DNA from: Paraspadella gotoi
Taxonomy: Eukaryota; Animalia; Chaetognatha
Length of the DNA: 64,000 nt
Assembly: GCA_051294375.1 (NCBI GenBank)
Contig: CM119264.1
Location: 1,285,923-1,349,922 of the forward strand
Reading direction: 5' to 3'
The notes beneath the pieces are model-generated. The model did not search any database. It saw only the letters and a list, made by a program, of their open reading frames with translations, and had not been told where the DNA came from. Of the stretch, positions 12,780 through 23,702 are shown piece after piece. A program made the position numbers and the translations under genes. Within the stretch, counting starts at the first letter, position 1; the number at the start of each line of letters is the position of its first letter.

Positions 12780-14019
12780 CTGAGAAAAAGAGAGATAGTT
12801 TGGTTTATATCATTATCAAATTTTAGAAATAAACCATGGTAACTAATGGTATAAATATATTTTTTTTTCTGGCTGACATCCCACAGTGCATAACTATTAG
12901 ATAAGTGTATCTGAAAAAAATTATTTACAATGGTTCACGTTAATATTTAGCAGAAAGTTTGTAATCAAATTTTTTTTGTATAAAAAAAATTCGGAACTTT
13001 AGTTCATAAAATTTTGAACAAAAATTAGAATGCCCAAAGCCACTCTNNNNNNNNNNNNNNNNNNNNNNNNNNNNNNNNNNNNNNNNNNNNNNNNNNNNNN
13101 NNNNNNNNNNNNNNNNNNNNNNNNNNNNNNNNNNNNNNNNNNNNNNNNNNNNNNNNNNNNNNNNNNNNNNNNNNNNNNNNNNNNNNNNNNNNNNNNNNNN
13201 NNNNNNNNNNNNNNNNNNNNNNNNNNNNNNNNNNNNNNNNNNNNNNNNNNNNNNNNNNNNNNNNNNNNNNNNNNNNNNNNNNNNNNNNNNNNNNNNNNNN
13301 NNNNNNNNNNNNNNNNNNNNNNNNNNNNNNNNNNNNNNNNNNNNNNNNNNNNNNNNNNNNNNNNNNNNNNNNNNNNNNNNNNNNNNNNNNNNNNNNNNNN
13401 NNNNNNNNNNNNNNNNNNNNNNNNNNNNNNNNNNNNNNNNNNNNNNNNNNNNNNNNNNNNNNNNNNNNNNNNNNNNNNNNNNNNNNNNNNNNNNNNNNNN
13501 NNNNNNNNNNNNNNNNNNNNNNNNNNNNNNNNNNNNNNNNNNNNNNNNNNNNNNNNNNNNCAGATTAAAATAGAGATAGACCAACCTGTCAACGACATAC
13601 AGAGAAAATCAGAAAGATAGATAGACCGGCAGAGAGACCAACAGACAGAAGGACGGACGGACGAAAGAAGAAGCGTCCGACGAAGATGAAAAAAANNNNN
13701 NNNNNNNNNNNNNNNNNNNNNNNNNNNNNNNNNNNNNNNNNNNNNNNNNNNNNNNNNNNNNNNNNNNNNNNNNNNNNNNNNNNNNNNNNNNNNNNNNNNN
13801 NNNNNNNNNNNNNNNNNNNNNNNNNNNNNNNNNNNNNNNNNNNNNNNNNNNNNNNNNNNNNNNNNNNNNNNNNNNNNNNNNNNNNNNNNNNNNCTCTCTG
13901 AAATTGAAATTTATTGGCCCCTTCTGTCTCATTAGCCATCCTCATTTCCAGCGATGATGAAAACAATTAAGCTTCATTGTTTTTAAAGTTAAAAAATCGA
14001 AAGAGGATTTTCCTGCTTT

Positions 14020-14291
14020 ATTTTCCCAAAACGCCCCATTTTGTCTTAAATTCAAAATAACTTTTTTTAAGTTAAAGATTAAGTTACAGATTAGAGTTAG
14101 GGATTAGGTTTGGGATTAGGTTAGCGATTAAGATTAGGGATTTAGTTAAAGATAAGGATTTAGGGTTAGGGTTCAGGATGAGTTGAGGATAAAAGATTAG
14201 GGTTAAGGAGTAGAGATTAATAAGTTTAAATATGTATTTAGTTTAAATATTAAAATTAAAATAAAATTTTAGGAAAAAAAAAGGGAAGGTA
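14020..14291. mobile_element. MITE-like element with degenerate TTAGGG core, right end interrupted by the TRIM
   Basis: Left end ttttcccaaaacgccccattttgtc is shared with copies at ~22350, ~23062 and ~40476; the right end ggtactctc resumes at 14980. Confidence 0.6.
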
Positions 14292-14979
14292 TGTGGATAA
14301 GGCGCTACGTGGGCTGAAGATGACTATCCGTAACTTCTATAACCCCCTCTAACAGCCATGGAACGGGTCCCTGGGCTTGGAACCAGGCTTGAGGGTTTGC
14401 CATGCCCCCAAGGCGGCTTACGGCCGTCCTCACGCTTCCCGCAGGGTAGGTACCGGGATTGAACCCGGTATCTAGTGGTCATGAGCTGATGGCTTTACTC
14501 AATGAGCCACCGGGTCACAACTGAAAGTGTCATGATTCTAGGCGGGGTGAACCTAGGCAATGCCCGACTACATGCCCCCCAGATTGTAACCCACTCTGCA
14601 CTGCTTCCAGTGGAGGGAGGGGAGCAATCTTCAGCTAGACCAAGGGCCTGGAATCAGAAGGTTGGAATACGCTCGACAGGATGGGCTCACCAGTTTGGAT
14701 AAGGCGCTACGTGGGCTGAAGATGATTATCCGTAACTTCTATAACCCCCTCTAGCAGCCATGGAACGGATCCCTGGGCTTGGAACCAGGCTAGAGGGTTT
14801 GCCATGCCCCCAAGGTGGCTTTCGGCCGTTCTCACGCTTCCCGCAGGGAAGGTACCGGGTTGGGATTGAACCCAGTTCCTAGTGGTCATGAGCTGATGGC
14901 TTTACTCAATGAGCCACCGGGTCACAACTGAAAGTGTCATGATTCTAGGCGGGGTGAACCTAGGCAATGCCCGACTACA
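14292..14979 (-). mobile_element. Non-autonomous miniature LTR retrotransposon (TRIM) with tRNA-derived sequence in its LTRs, Helenus-like
   Basis: Direct repeats 14292-14572 and 14694-14979; outer termini TGT...ACA; GGTA TSD at 14288-14291 and 14980-14983; minus-strand PBS TGGTGAGCCC directly after the 5' LTR; PPT-like GGGGGG before the 3' LTR; 121-bp non-coding interior. Confidence 0.9.
14446..14516 (-). promoter_or_regulatory. tRNA-derived internal Pol III promoter in LTR (A and B boxes)
   Basis: A box TGGCTCATTGAG (14498-14509) and B box GGTTCAATCCC (14455-14465) at tRNA spacing; T-arm folds, anticodon stem does not; repeated in the other LTR. Confidence 0.8.
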
Positions 14980-15453
14980 GGTACTCTCTAAAAAAAAAGA
15001 GCCGAATATAATGAAAAATCGGCGCTCTTTTCCGAGAGCACCCCTTTTTCTTACTCTTCCTTCTCACACTTTAGTAAATTGGAATGTCAATTGTAAAGTG
15101 TCAACAAATATGAAAAACTATTATCGCTATAAAAATATGACATGACATAAAAACCATCACCACTTACCAAGTTTACAAGAACCAAACAACAACACCCAAC
15201 AACCATTCGCAAAATCTTACTCTCCAGATTCACACAACCAACTCACAAAATTTCAAAGACATACCGACCGCCCAAATAAACTACCGACTCCCCAATTATC
15301 TCGTAAGCAAGATGGAGGCCTTAAACCACCAAAGTCAGAGGCAAAATTGCTCATTTATCAAATGAAGGGATAATTTTGATATCGGTTGTACCAAATTTCA
15401 TAACCCGAAACCTACGAAACCAGATTCCTTACCCCACGACCTTAACACCTCAC

Positions 15454-15543
15454 CTATGTTTCCTTCCATCTGCGGGCGTTCAATGAAAGATCGCCCGTTG
15501 AAGGACGGAACGAAGACCGAGGGGCGCGTCTCTTCCACCCCCG
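15454..15543 (-). CDS. AGRN: Agrin-like exon, start of LamG2
   Basis: ccag|..|gtgag; GVEETRPSVFVPSFNGRSFIERPQMEGNI (PxFxGxSF LamG start motif). Confidence 0.85.
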   Translation of the reverse strand, partial: RGWKRRAPRSSFRPSTGDLSLNARRWKET

Positions 15544-15630
15544 CTGGAAACAAAGGAAAATAAAAGGGACAACGTTGAACAAAAGAACATTGGGATATCG
15601 ATTAGTTAAAGGACATCAAATAATATATAT

Positions 15631-15670
<40 letters not shown>

Positions 15671-16100
15671 TTATTTTTTTCTTTATTTATTTATTTATTT
15701 ATTTTTTTATTATTTCATTTATTTATCAATTTATCTGTTTATTTATTTGTTTAATTATCTATTTATTTATTTTTTCAATTTATTTTAATTTCAGTTAATG
15801 TAACCCGACATATCCCTCCATTCCCTACTGTTTGCTCACAAAAGAGAACATAATTTTTTGTTGTATTATATCATCTATTAGTATTCAATAAATAAATATA
15901 GTATAACTCATCCTCTCTCGATCCTGTTCCATCTCCATCTACGTTCATGGTCAGGGTCAAAATTTTATAAATATTAATAAATTAATAAAATTTTATCGAT
16001 ATTTTTTTTTACCAAAAAATTACATCAAAACCTCGAATTTAACTCTTTATTCCCGACCCCCCTGTATTCACTGTCCAAGCCCTTTCACCTCCTTCCTTAC

Positions 16101-16259
16101 CTTCAGTGCAGCGTCGACCGGCTTTCCCCGGCGGACATTTGCAGATGAATCCCCCTTGCGGCAAAGACGTGCAGGTGGCGCCGCCTTGGCAAGGGAAGGA
16201 ACTGCAGGGGTTGACTGGCTGAGAACAGAGGGGGCCGATCTCTGCTCCACCTAGGATAT
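16101..16259 (-). CDS. AGRN: Agrin-like exon, EGF domain between LamG1 and LamG2
   Basis: ILGGAEIGPLCSQPVNPCSSFPCQGGATCTSLPQGGFICKCPPGKAGRRCTE; ag/gtaag boundaries. Confidence 0.9.
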
Positions 16260-16308
16260 CTGGAGAGGGGAGAGAATTCAGTTGAAGAATCAATTGATCA
16301 ATCAATCG

Positions 16309-16383
<75 letters not shown>

Positions 16384-16402
16384 CAAACCAAACCAGCCTC
16401 AC

Positions 16403-16503
16403 CCAAGGAGTCTGGGTAGTTGAGATTGAAGATTCGGTTGTCGATCCTGAAGTAGCGGATGCAACCGACGAGTCCCATCGTCACTCCCGCGTTTTTGTAG
16501 ACG
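16403..16503 (-). CDS. AGRN: Agrin-like exon, end of LamG1
   Basis: VYKNAGVTMGLVGCIRYFRIDNRIFNLNYPDSL (GLVGCI motif); ag/gtgag boundaries. Confidence 0.88.
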
Positions 16504-16836
16504 CTGATTGGTCAAAAAGGAAAGACGCTGATTAGTCAAAAATGAGAGATGCTAATTAGAGCTAAAAATAAAGGTTAATATTAATTTCTTTAAAAAAAGA
16601 GCGCCAAAACAAACAAATCTTTGACCTTAATTTCTAACTCTAACCTCTAACTGTAAATATGAGTCTTTAACCCAAATCCTTATCCCTAATCACAAACCAG
16701 GTCCCTAACCTAATCTTTAACCTAATCTTTATTAAAAAAAAAAACAAAAAAAAAACAAACAAACCTAATTTCGAGTTTAAGACCAAGAATTGGGCGTTAT
16801 CGGAAAATAAGGCCAAAAATCCTATTCCAAACTCAC

Positions 16837-17006
16837 GTTGGACTCGCGTTGGGAATAAAACCGAGAAACAAATTATCGTTGACTTTGAAATCGTAAAAGA
16901 TGTCGTCTTCTTTGACACTGGATTCTTCGACGACGGCGTTGGAGATCACGTCACCGGTCGCCCCAAGATATTGGGGTCGACCTCGGTTCTGGGTCATGGG
17001 GAGAAC
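16837..17006 (-). CDS. AGRN: Agrin-like LamG1 exon
   Basis: VLPMTQNRGRPQYLGATGDVISNAVVEESSVKEDDIFYDFKVNDNLFLGFIPNASPT; phases match the neighbouring exons. Confidence 0.8.
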
Positions 17007-17216
17007 CTTGGGGTGGGGGCGGGGGGAAATGGTCAGGGTACATGCCATATTGCCATATTGTCATATTTTCGTGCCACTCCTCACCCAAATATGAGATTTC
17101 CTAAGGCGTAACTCTAAAACTTAACCTTGAAATCCCCCTTGTCTATTTTGCAGGATCACTTTTTCTATGACCTCACCCCAAAGTGAACTCTTTCACAGCC
17201 TCTCTCTAAAACTGAC

Positions 17217-17334
17217 CTGCAGAATCGCTTTCCCGTTGCGGTGAAGTTCAGCGACGATTCGATAAAAAGTCTTCAATTGAATTTTGGGTCGAGATGTGAG
17301 AATCACAGTTTTGTGAATCCCGCTGAACCGGAAT
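17217..17334 (-). CDS. AGRN: Agrin-like LamG1 exon
   Basis: FRFSGIHKTVILTSRPKIQLKTFYRIVAELHRNGKAILQ; aag|..|gtcag; phase 2 in, phase 0 out. Confidence 0.82.
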
Positions 17335-17772
17335 CTTGTGAGAAAGAAAGAGAAAGAAATTGGAAAAACTGAATTAAATTAAAATGAAATAATGAATAAA
17401 CAGAACAACAAAATAGAGAAAAGACTAAATTAAAAACCAAAAACAACAATAAACGCAAAAAAAATTAAAATAAAATTCAAAAAATAATATAAAACCAAAA
17501 CAAAAATAATTAAAAAAATTAAAACAAACAAAACAAAAACACCAAAACAAAAAACCCAAAACAAAACGAAACAAAAAAAAATAAAACCAAACTATATAAC
17601 GAAAAAATAAATTAAAAAATTAAAAAAACAAAAGAAAAAACTAAGCCAAACATAAAAAAACAAGAACGGTAATTCAAATGTGTTGCGACGCTCTCTCTCT
17701 CTCTTTCTCTCTCCCCCTCCCCACCCATATCTCCCCACACACACACACACACACACATTGTCACCCACAGAC

Positions 17773-17971
17773 CTGAAATCGACGTGACCCTTCCTGATGG
17801 AGAGAGAGACGAAGGCCCCGTGACCCGAGGCGAGATCCCCGTTGTACAGGATGATCCCTTCGTTGTTGAGAGTCTGAAACTCAACTTCGATCGACGCGCG
17901 AGAATTTAAAAGCAACGGATCGAATTCCAAGTAAGATCTCTCGCTGAAGGAAGGGACTACTATCTTTAATT
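17773..17971 (-). CDS. AGRN: Agrin-like exon, start of LamG1
   Basis: LKIVVPSFSERSYLEFDPLLLNSRASIEVEFQTLNNEGIILYNGDLASGHGAFVSLSIRKGHVDFR. Confidence 0.9.
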
Positions 17972-18134
17972 CTGGGGGGGAGGGAGAGAGAGGAAGAGGG
18001 AGAGAGAGAGGGAGAGGGAGAGAGAGGGAGAGAATTATAAAATTCGTACAACCATTAAAAAAAAACTATCTGTTTATTTCTATTCATTTCATTTCCCCTT
18101 CTGAATTTTGATCTATGCTATCTGCAAATTATTT

Positions 18135-18204
18135 AACCCACTCTAGCAACCATGGAACGGGTCCTGGGCTTGGAACCAGAATTGAGGGTTTTCCACGCCC
18201 CCCA
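18135..18204 (-). mobile_element. Fragment of the TRIM LTR (also at ~9228-9293 in the duplicated block)
   Basis: ctctagcaaccatggaacgggtcctgggcttggaaccag...gagggttttccacgccccca aligns to 14345-14410 and 42244-42309. Confidence 0.8.
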
Positions 18205-18346
18205 AAATTTAAAGCTCCCAGAGAAATTTGGCCTTTTTTATCATTTGTTCAAAGTACATCTCTTCAATGAGTCATCCACAGACAGACATTCAGACAAATA
18301 GACGGAACGACAGACTCCGTCTCAATCAAGCAGCGTCTCCTCTCAC

Positions 18347-18493
18347 CATCGACGCAACCGGGTCCGCCTCTTCCGGCCGGACAGATGCAGCGATACCCGA
18401 ACATGCTGTCTTGGATACAGGTGCCGCCGTAGAAACAGGGTTGGGAGATGCAAGGGTTGCCGCCGCCGGCCAAAGTGACGAGTTGGGGAGGTT
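18347..18493 (-). CDS. AGRN: Agrin-like exon, EGF domain preceding LamG1
   Basis: [48 protein letters not shown]. Confidence 0.9.
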
Positions 18494-18880
18494 CTAGATT
18501 CGGTGGGGGGGGGGAATCACAAACAGTTAAGAATTAATATAAATATAAAGAAATCGCTTTTACCGAACTTTTTCTAATCAATCGATCAATCAAGCTAGCA
18601 ATCAAACGGGTAACCAATCAATGAATTAATCAATAAAATCGACCAACTAATAAAATCATTGATCAAGATAATAAACAAATCAAATCGATCAATCGATCGA
18701 TAAATCGATCAATCTATCAGTCAATCACTCATTTAAGAATTCAAAATTTGATTCAAATAGCCAAGTAAATACCCAATAAAACATTCGGCCAATCAAAAAA
18801 GCAATCGATTAACACTCGATGGTTCGATCAATCAATCAATTCTCATCTCACTATGCAGAGTGACGGTAGTGGCTCTGTTG

Positions 18881-18935
<55 letters not shown>

Positions 18936-18948
18936 CAATCAATCATTC

Positions 18949-18997
<49 letters not shown>

Positions 18998-19022
18998 ATC
19001 AATCAATCAATTCTCATCTCAC

Positions 19023-19222
19023 TATGCGGAGTGACGGTAGTGGCTCTGTTGAATCTTGTGGCAGTCGCGGGAATCGAACGCGTGACCGTCGATTTTGTGC
19101 TCAGTCCCTTCATTCTCGTCGGCTTCGCTTGCGGCGGGATTGTCCGCGTCAATTCTGGCGGGAAGAGGATCGCGAATTCGCGACACGCCCCCTCGTGGTC
19201 GACGGAGATGTCCTTTTGTTGT
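19023..19222 (-). CDS. AGRN: Agrin-like exon, Kazal end plus Ser/Thr-rich linker
   Basis: QQKDISVDHEGAC followed by T/P/S-rich REFAILFPPELTRTIPPQAKPTRMKGLSTKSTVTRSIPATATRFNRATTVTPH. Confidence 0.85.
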
Positions 19223-19277
19223 CTGGGGGTTGATGGGGAGGGAGAGAGAGGAGGAGGGAGAGGGAGGAGGAGGGAGG

Positions 19278-19401
<124 letters not shown>

Positions 19402-19755
19402 GAGAGAGAGAATATTATTTGTTTCAGAGTCATGATTTTGGCAGAAGATTTAGAAAGAATATGTTATAGGTCGTCGCTTAAAAGTAAAAGTTCGTCACTT
19501 GTGAAAGAATAAAAAAGAATAGAAAAGAATCTCGCCCAATCTTCCTAATCTAGCCCAACCTAATCTCATCTTGCCCCATGATGCTCCATCTCCTTCCCAT
19601 TTTCTTCTCCCTCTCCTGCTCCCTCCCCAGCCTTCCTCACTTTAATCCTCCTTCCCCCCTCCTCTCTCCTGCCCCCACCCCTTCCCCCTCTTTCCTCCCC
19701 TCCCCTCTCCCTCCCTCTCCTCCCCTCCTTATCCTCTTCCTCACTCCTCCCTCAC

Positions 19756-19931
19756 TTGCAAGCGAATATCCTCAAATGACAATCGGAAGGATAAGATTTT
19801 CGATCGGAGCCGCAAACCATCGTGCGACGCCAATCCTCGGCATCTTCGGCGTCTAAGCGACAGATGCCGACGCAGGTGCAACGACCGACTCCGTTGTGGT
19901 TGAGGCACCTGGCACCGTGGCGACAGCGGAG
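19756..19931 (-). CDS. AGRN: Agrin-like exon, follistatin/Kazal domain after the laminin-EGFs
   Basis: LRCRHGARCLNHNGVGRCTCVGICRLDAEDAEDWRRTMVCGSDRKSYPSDCHLRIFAC. Confidence 0.9.
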
Positions 19932-20274
19932 CTTTTAGGGGAGGGGGGGCAAGAGAATTATAAAGGGGAGAATTTGATTTTTTTAATAATATACGTAAAT
20001 TAAAGTGTTTTTTTTTTCTTTATGATAACGAGTAGATTTTAGAAATTTTATTTAAAATTTAATTAGAAGAAACATTATTAATTATTTTTTAATATGTATA
20101 TTAAGTTATTAAATATTGATTATGTGATATGTGATATTTTTGGGCGTTAAAACCAAAACTAAGAGTTCTGGTATCACTTAATCGGTGATATTTCAAATCG
20201 CTCCTTCTTCCTTAAACGGAAACACACACACAAAAAAGCCTATCTCTCTCTCTCTNNNNNNNNNNCCCTCTCAC

Positions 20275-20447
20275 CTGCATGCAAGACTTCCTCTCCTTCT
20301 TTTCCTCGCACGCGCCTTTCCGTCCCAAGTCCCGTCCGTTCATGCACGTGTCGCACTTAAGCCCGGTCACTCCCACTTTGCACACGCAGCGTCCGTCCGT
20401 TTGATCGCAGTCTCGGCGAACGGATCCGCGTGGATCGCACTCGCAGG
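20275..20447 (-). CDS. AGRN: Agrin-like exon, laminin-EGF 2
   Basis: CECDPRGSVRRDCDQTDGRCVCKVGVTGLKCDTC, closely matching agrin LE2 (CxCDPxGxVRxDCxQxxGxCxC). Confidence 0.9.
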
Positions 20448-20878
20448 CTGTGGAGTGAAAAAAGGAGGGGCGTGGGGTGGAAAGGGAGGTGTGAAAAAAA
20501 AGGAGGGGCGTGGGGTGGAAAGGGAGGTGTGAAAAAAAAGAATGATTGGTTGAGGAGAAAGTGATTCGAGAAATATCAATTTAACAATCAAATAACAAAT
20601 TAATCAATCCATTAAAATATGCAATCAATCAGGTTGTCAATCCAAAAAAAAATTCAATTTTTCAATCAATTAATTAATCATTTAAAAAAAATAAGCGATT
20701 AATAAGTTAACTCATAGATCAAAATAAATTATTAAATGTATGAATAAATCGTTTAAAATGGTTTTTAATTTATTTCAATATATCGATTGTTTATAACCAA
20801 TTAATCATTTGATCAATCATTCAATCAATCAATCAATCAATTAATCAATGACATTCCCTCCCCTTTTCCTCAACTCAC

Positions 20879-21040
20879 GGGTGCACCCGACGAATCCGGG
20901 TCCCGAATGAGGCAGACCCCAGAATCCCGGTTCGCATCGGTCGCAGCCAAAACCCCAGACTCCGGGTTTGCAGAAGCATTGGTTAGAGTAGGGATTGCAG
21001 GTGGTTGTGAAAGCGCCGGATGGATTGCATTTGCAAGAGC
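20879..21040 (-). CDS. AGRN: Agrin-like exon, laminin-EGF 1
   Basis: [42 protein letters not shown]...GFVGCT; possible small indel near the 3' end. Confidence 0.9.
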
Positions 21041-21360
21041 CTGCAATGAGGTTGGTAGGATGAGAGAACTTTGTTTAATCTATAATGTCAAGATAACAGA
21101 AAATTTGTTATAAAAAAAAAAAACTACGCGTAAGTCTTACGAAGTAATGAGACCCTTTTTAACCGCAGGCCCTAATTAGAATGTCCTATGCAGCAAAGTT
21201 GCCATTTTAAAAAGCAGAAGTTTACTTGGAGGACTTTTGCAGTAACTGAGTAGCCCTTCTTACCGCAGCACCTAACTCGAATGTCCCTTGCAGCATGGTG
21301 ACCCTTTCTACCGCAAGTCCACACATATATTTACTTTGCAGCAACTCTTCAAATACTCAC

Positions 21361-21480
21361 TGGGGCATCCTTTGCTGTAAGGACCCGGTGCTGCAGTGAC
21401 GCCGTCAGGACAGCAGCCGAACGGCGTGGCGGAGCAGGCGGCGCTGCCTGAGCGAACGGCGCCAACGGGAGAGACCGTTC
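21361..21480 (-). CDS. AGRN: Agrin-like exon, Cys module preceding the laminin-EGFs
   Basis: TVSPVGAVRSGSAACSATPFGCCPDGVTAAPGPYSKGCP, the agrin/papilin-type GCCxDxxTxAxG...GCP motif. Confidence 0.9.
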
Positions 21481-21929
21481 CTTGAACGAAAGATGGATGA
21501 AAAATAAAAATAACAACAACAACAACAACAACACCAACCAAAGTTGATGTAGTTGAGAATTGATTTGTTAGACTGAAGGTTATATGTTATATGCTATATG
21601 TTATATGTTATATGTTATATGTTATATCACCCTCAACTTAGGCAACAGTTTGACAATTGATTATAATAAAATTTGGTTCATTTGAAAATATTTTCAAATG
21701 GTCATCATTATTCTTTTAAAGTTTAAAAACTAAAATTTGGATTGTTCTTCGATCCTAAACGAATTCGGCCTAATAGCGAAACAAATTAATAATTGAGCCT
21801 CTGTTACGATTGTGTTGCATTTTCACTCTTCATGAATTAAATCGTTTTCTCTCTTTCCTGGACACTTAACGAGTTTTCCTTGCAACACGGGAAAAATCAG
21901 AAAATAAACCATCTCTCTTCTCTCTCTGC

Positions 21930-21957
21930 TCATCTTCTCTCCGTCAAGCATCTTACT

Positions 21958-22013
<56 letters not shown>

Positions 22014-22645
22014 CTCTCTCTCTCTCAAGCCATTAAAACCACATACATTTTCTTTTTTTTTTCCATTTTTGCTCGGACGAGATATTTTTTTTTCTTTCTC
22101 TCTTCCATCAGATTTTAAATTATGACGCGCAAAAACTCAAGAAAAATCAAATAGATTCCAACCTTAATTAAAAAATTAAAACGACTACGACAACAACAAC
22201 GACAACAGACAACGAATCGCAATATAATCGCGATGCGGGTCGGATTACGAATCGCGGGAAGACGAGGCTCTGTAAAAATATTATATCTGTCTCTTTGTCT
22301 GTCCGTCTGTCCGTCTGTTTTGGACATTGTTGGACATAGTTGGACATATTTCCCAGAACGCCCCATTTTGTCTTTGATTCGGTTACCTTTTTTTAGTTAA
22401 AGATTTGTTAGGGTTTGGGTAAAGTCGGAATAAAATTTAGTGATTATGGTTGGGGATTTGGGCTAAGATTAGTTTGAGTTTCGTTAAAAATTTAGAGATA
22501 AAGGTTTAAGGTTAGCGGATTGGGTTACAGATTCATTTATACGTTAAAACATATTTGATATTTCAATTAAATATTAATGTTAAAATTAAATTCTTCAAAA
22601 ATGAACAGAAAATGGGGCANNNNNNNNNNNNNNNNNNNNNNNNNT

Positions 22646-22721
<76 letters not shown>

Positions 22722-23340
22722 CTCTCTCTCTAAGCCATTAAAACCACATACATTTTCTTTTTTTTTTTTCCATTTTTTCTCGAGCTCGGACCGAGATATT
22801 TTTTTTCTTTCTCTCTTCCATCAGATTTTAAATTATGACGCGCAATAACTCAAGAAAATCACAATAGATTCCAACCTTAATTAAAAAAATTAAAACGACT
22901 ACGACAACAACAACGACAACAGACAACGAATCGCAATATAATCGCGATGCGGGTCGGATTACGAATCGCGGGAAGACGAGGCTCTGTAAAAATATTATAT
23001 CTGTCTCTTTGTCTGTCCGTCTGTCCGTCTGTTGGACATTGTTGGACATAGTTGGACATATTTTCCCAGAACGCCCCATTTTGTCTTTGATTCGGTTACC
23101 TTTTTTTAGTTAAAGATTTTGTTAGGGTTTGGGTAAAGTTTCGGGATAAAATTTAGTGATTATGGTTAGGGATTTGGGCTAAAGATTAGTTTGAGGTTTG
23201 CGTTAAAAATTAGAGATAAAGGTTTAAGGTTAGCGATTAGGGTTACAGATTCATTTATACGTTTAAAACATATTTGATATTTCAATTAAATATTAATGTT
23301 AAAATTAAATTCTTCAAAAAATGAACAGAAATGGGGCACT
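21930..23340. repeat. ~713-bp direct duplication around an N-gap
   Basis: ~21930-22619 recurs at 22645-23338; the two ORF-track peptides are near-identical at 713-bp offset. Confidence 0.85.
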
Positions 23341-23357
23341 CTCGGAAAAGAAAGCCC
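23062..23357. mobile_element. MITE-like element with degenerate telomere-like core
   Basis: Imperfect inverted ends ttttcccagaacgccccattttgtc and aacagaaatggggcactctcggaaaa around ttaggg/ttaagg repeats. Confidence 0.65.
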
Positions 23358-23437
23358 AAGTGGAGGAGGGGGGGAAATATGTTGGAATTTATGTTTGAAT
23401 GATTGGATGTGGTAGCGACGCTTAATGGAAAAACATA

Positions 23438-23504
<67 letters not shown>

Positions 23505-23561
23505 ACTTTCTTGGATTGTTAAATGTAAAGAAGAAAGGGAGGAGAGGAGGAGAGGGAAAAA

Positions 23562-23601
<40 letters not shown>

Positions 23602-23671
23602 AGGGAAAGAAAGAAAGAGAGAAAGAGATAAAGAAATAAAGAAAGAAAGAAAGAAAGAAAGAGAGAAAGAG

Positions 23672-23702
<31 letters not shown>

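Noticed and set aside
12940-13966. ORFs spanning N-runs
   Set aside because: They are artefacts of assembly gaps.
14310-14350. Hammerhead ribozyme / retrozyme (CTGAAGA core in a ~400-bp tandem-looking unit)
   Set aside because: There is no GAAA with proper stems II/III on either strand; LTR-PBS-PPT-TSD architecture explains the repeat better.
14446-14516. Functional tRNA-Met (CAT loop)
   Set aside because: The anticodon stem ATCAG/CCACT does not pair and the acceptor stem is imperfect; it is a promoter relic within an LTR.
14535-14572. 7SL/SRP RNA (GGGGTGAACC resemblance) or H/ACA snoRNA (terminal ACA)
   Set aside because: SRP helix-8 and Alu-domain motifs are absent; the ACA is the LTR terminus.
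21930-23340. Possible LTR pair (713-bp direct repeat)
   Set aside because: Copies abut a short N-gap with no PBS, PPT or TG..CA ends; this is typical contig-overlap duplication.
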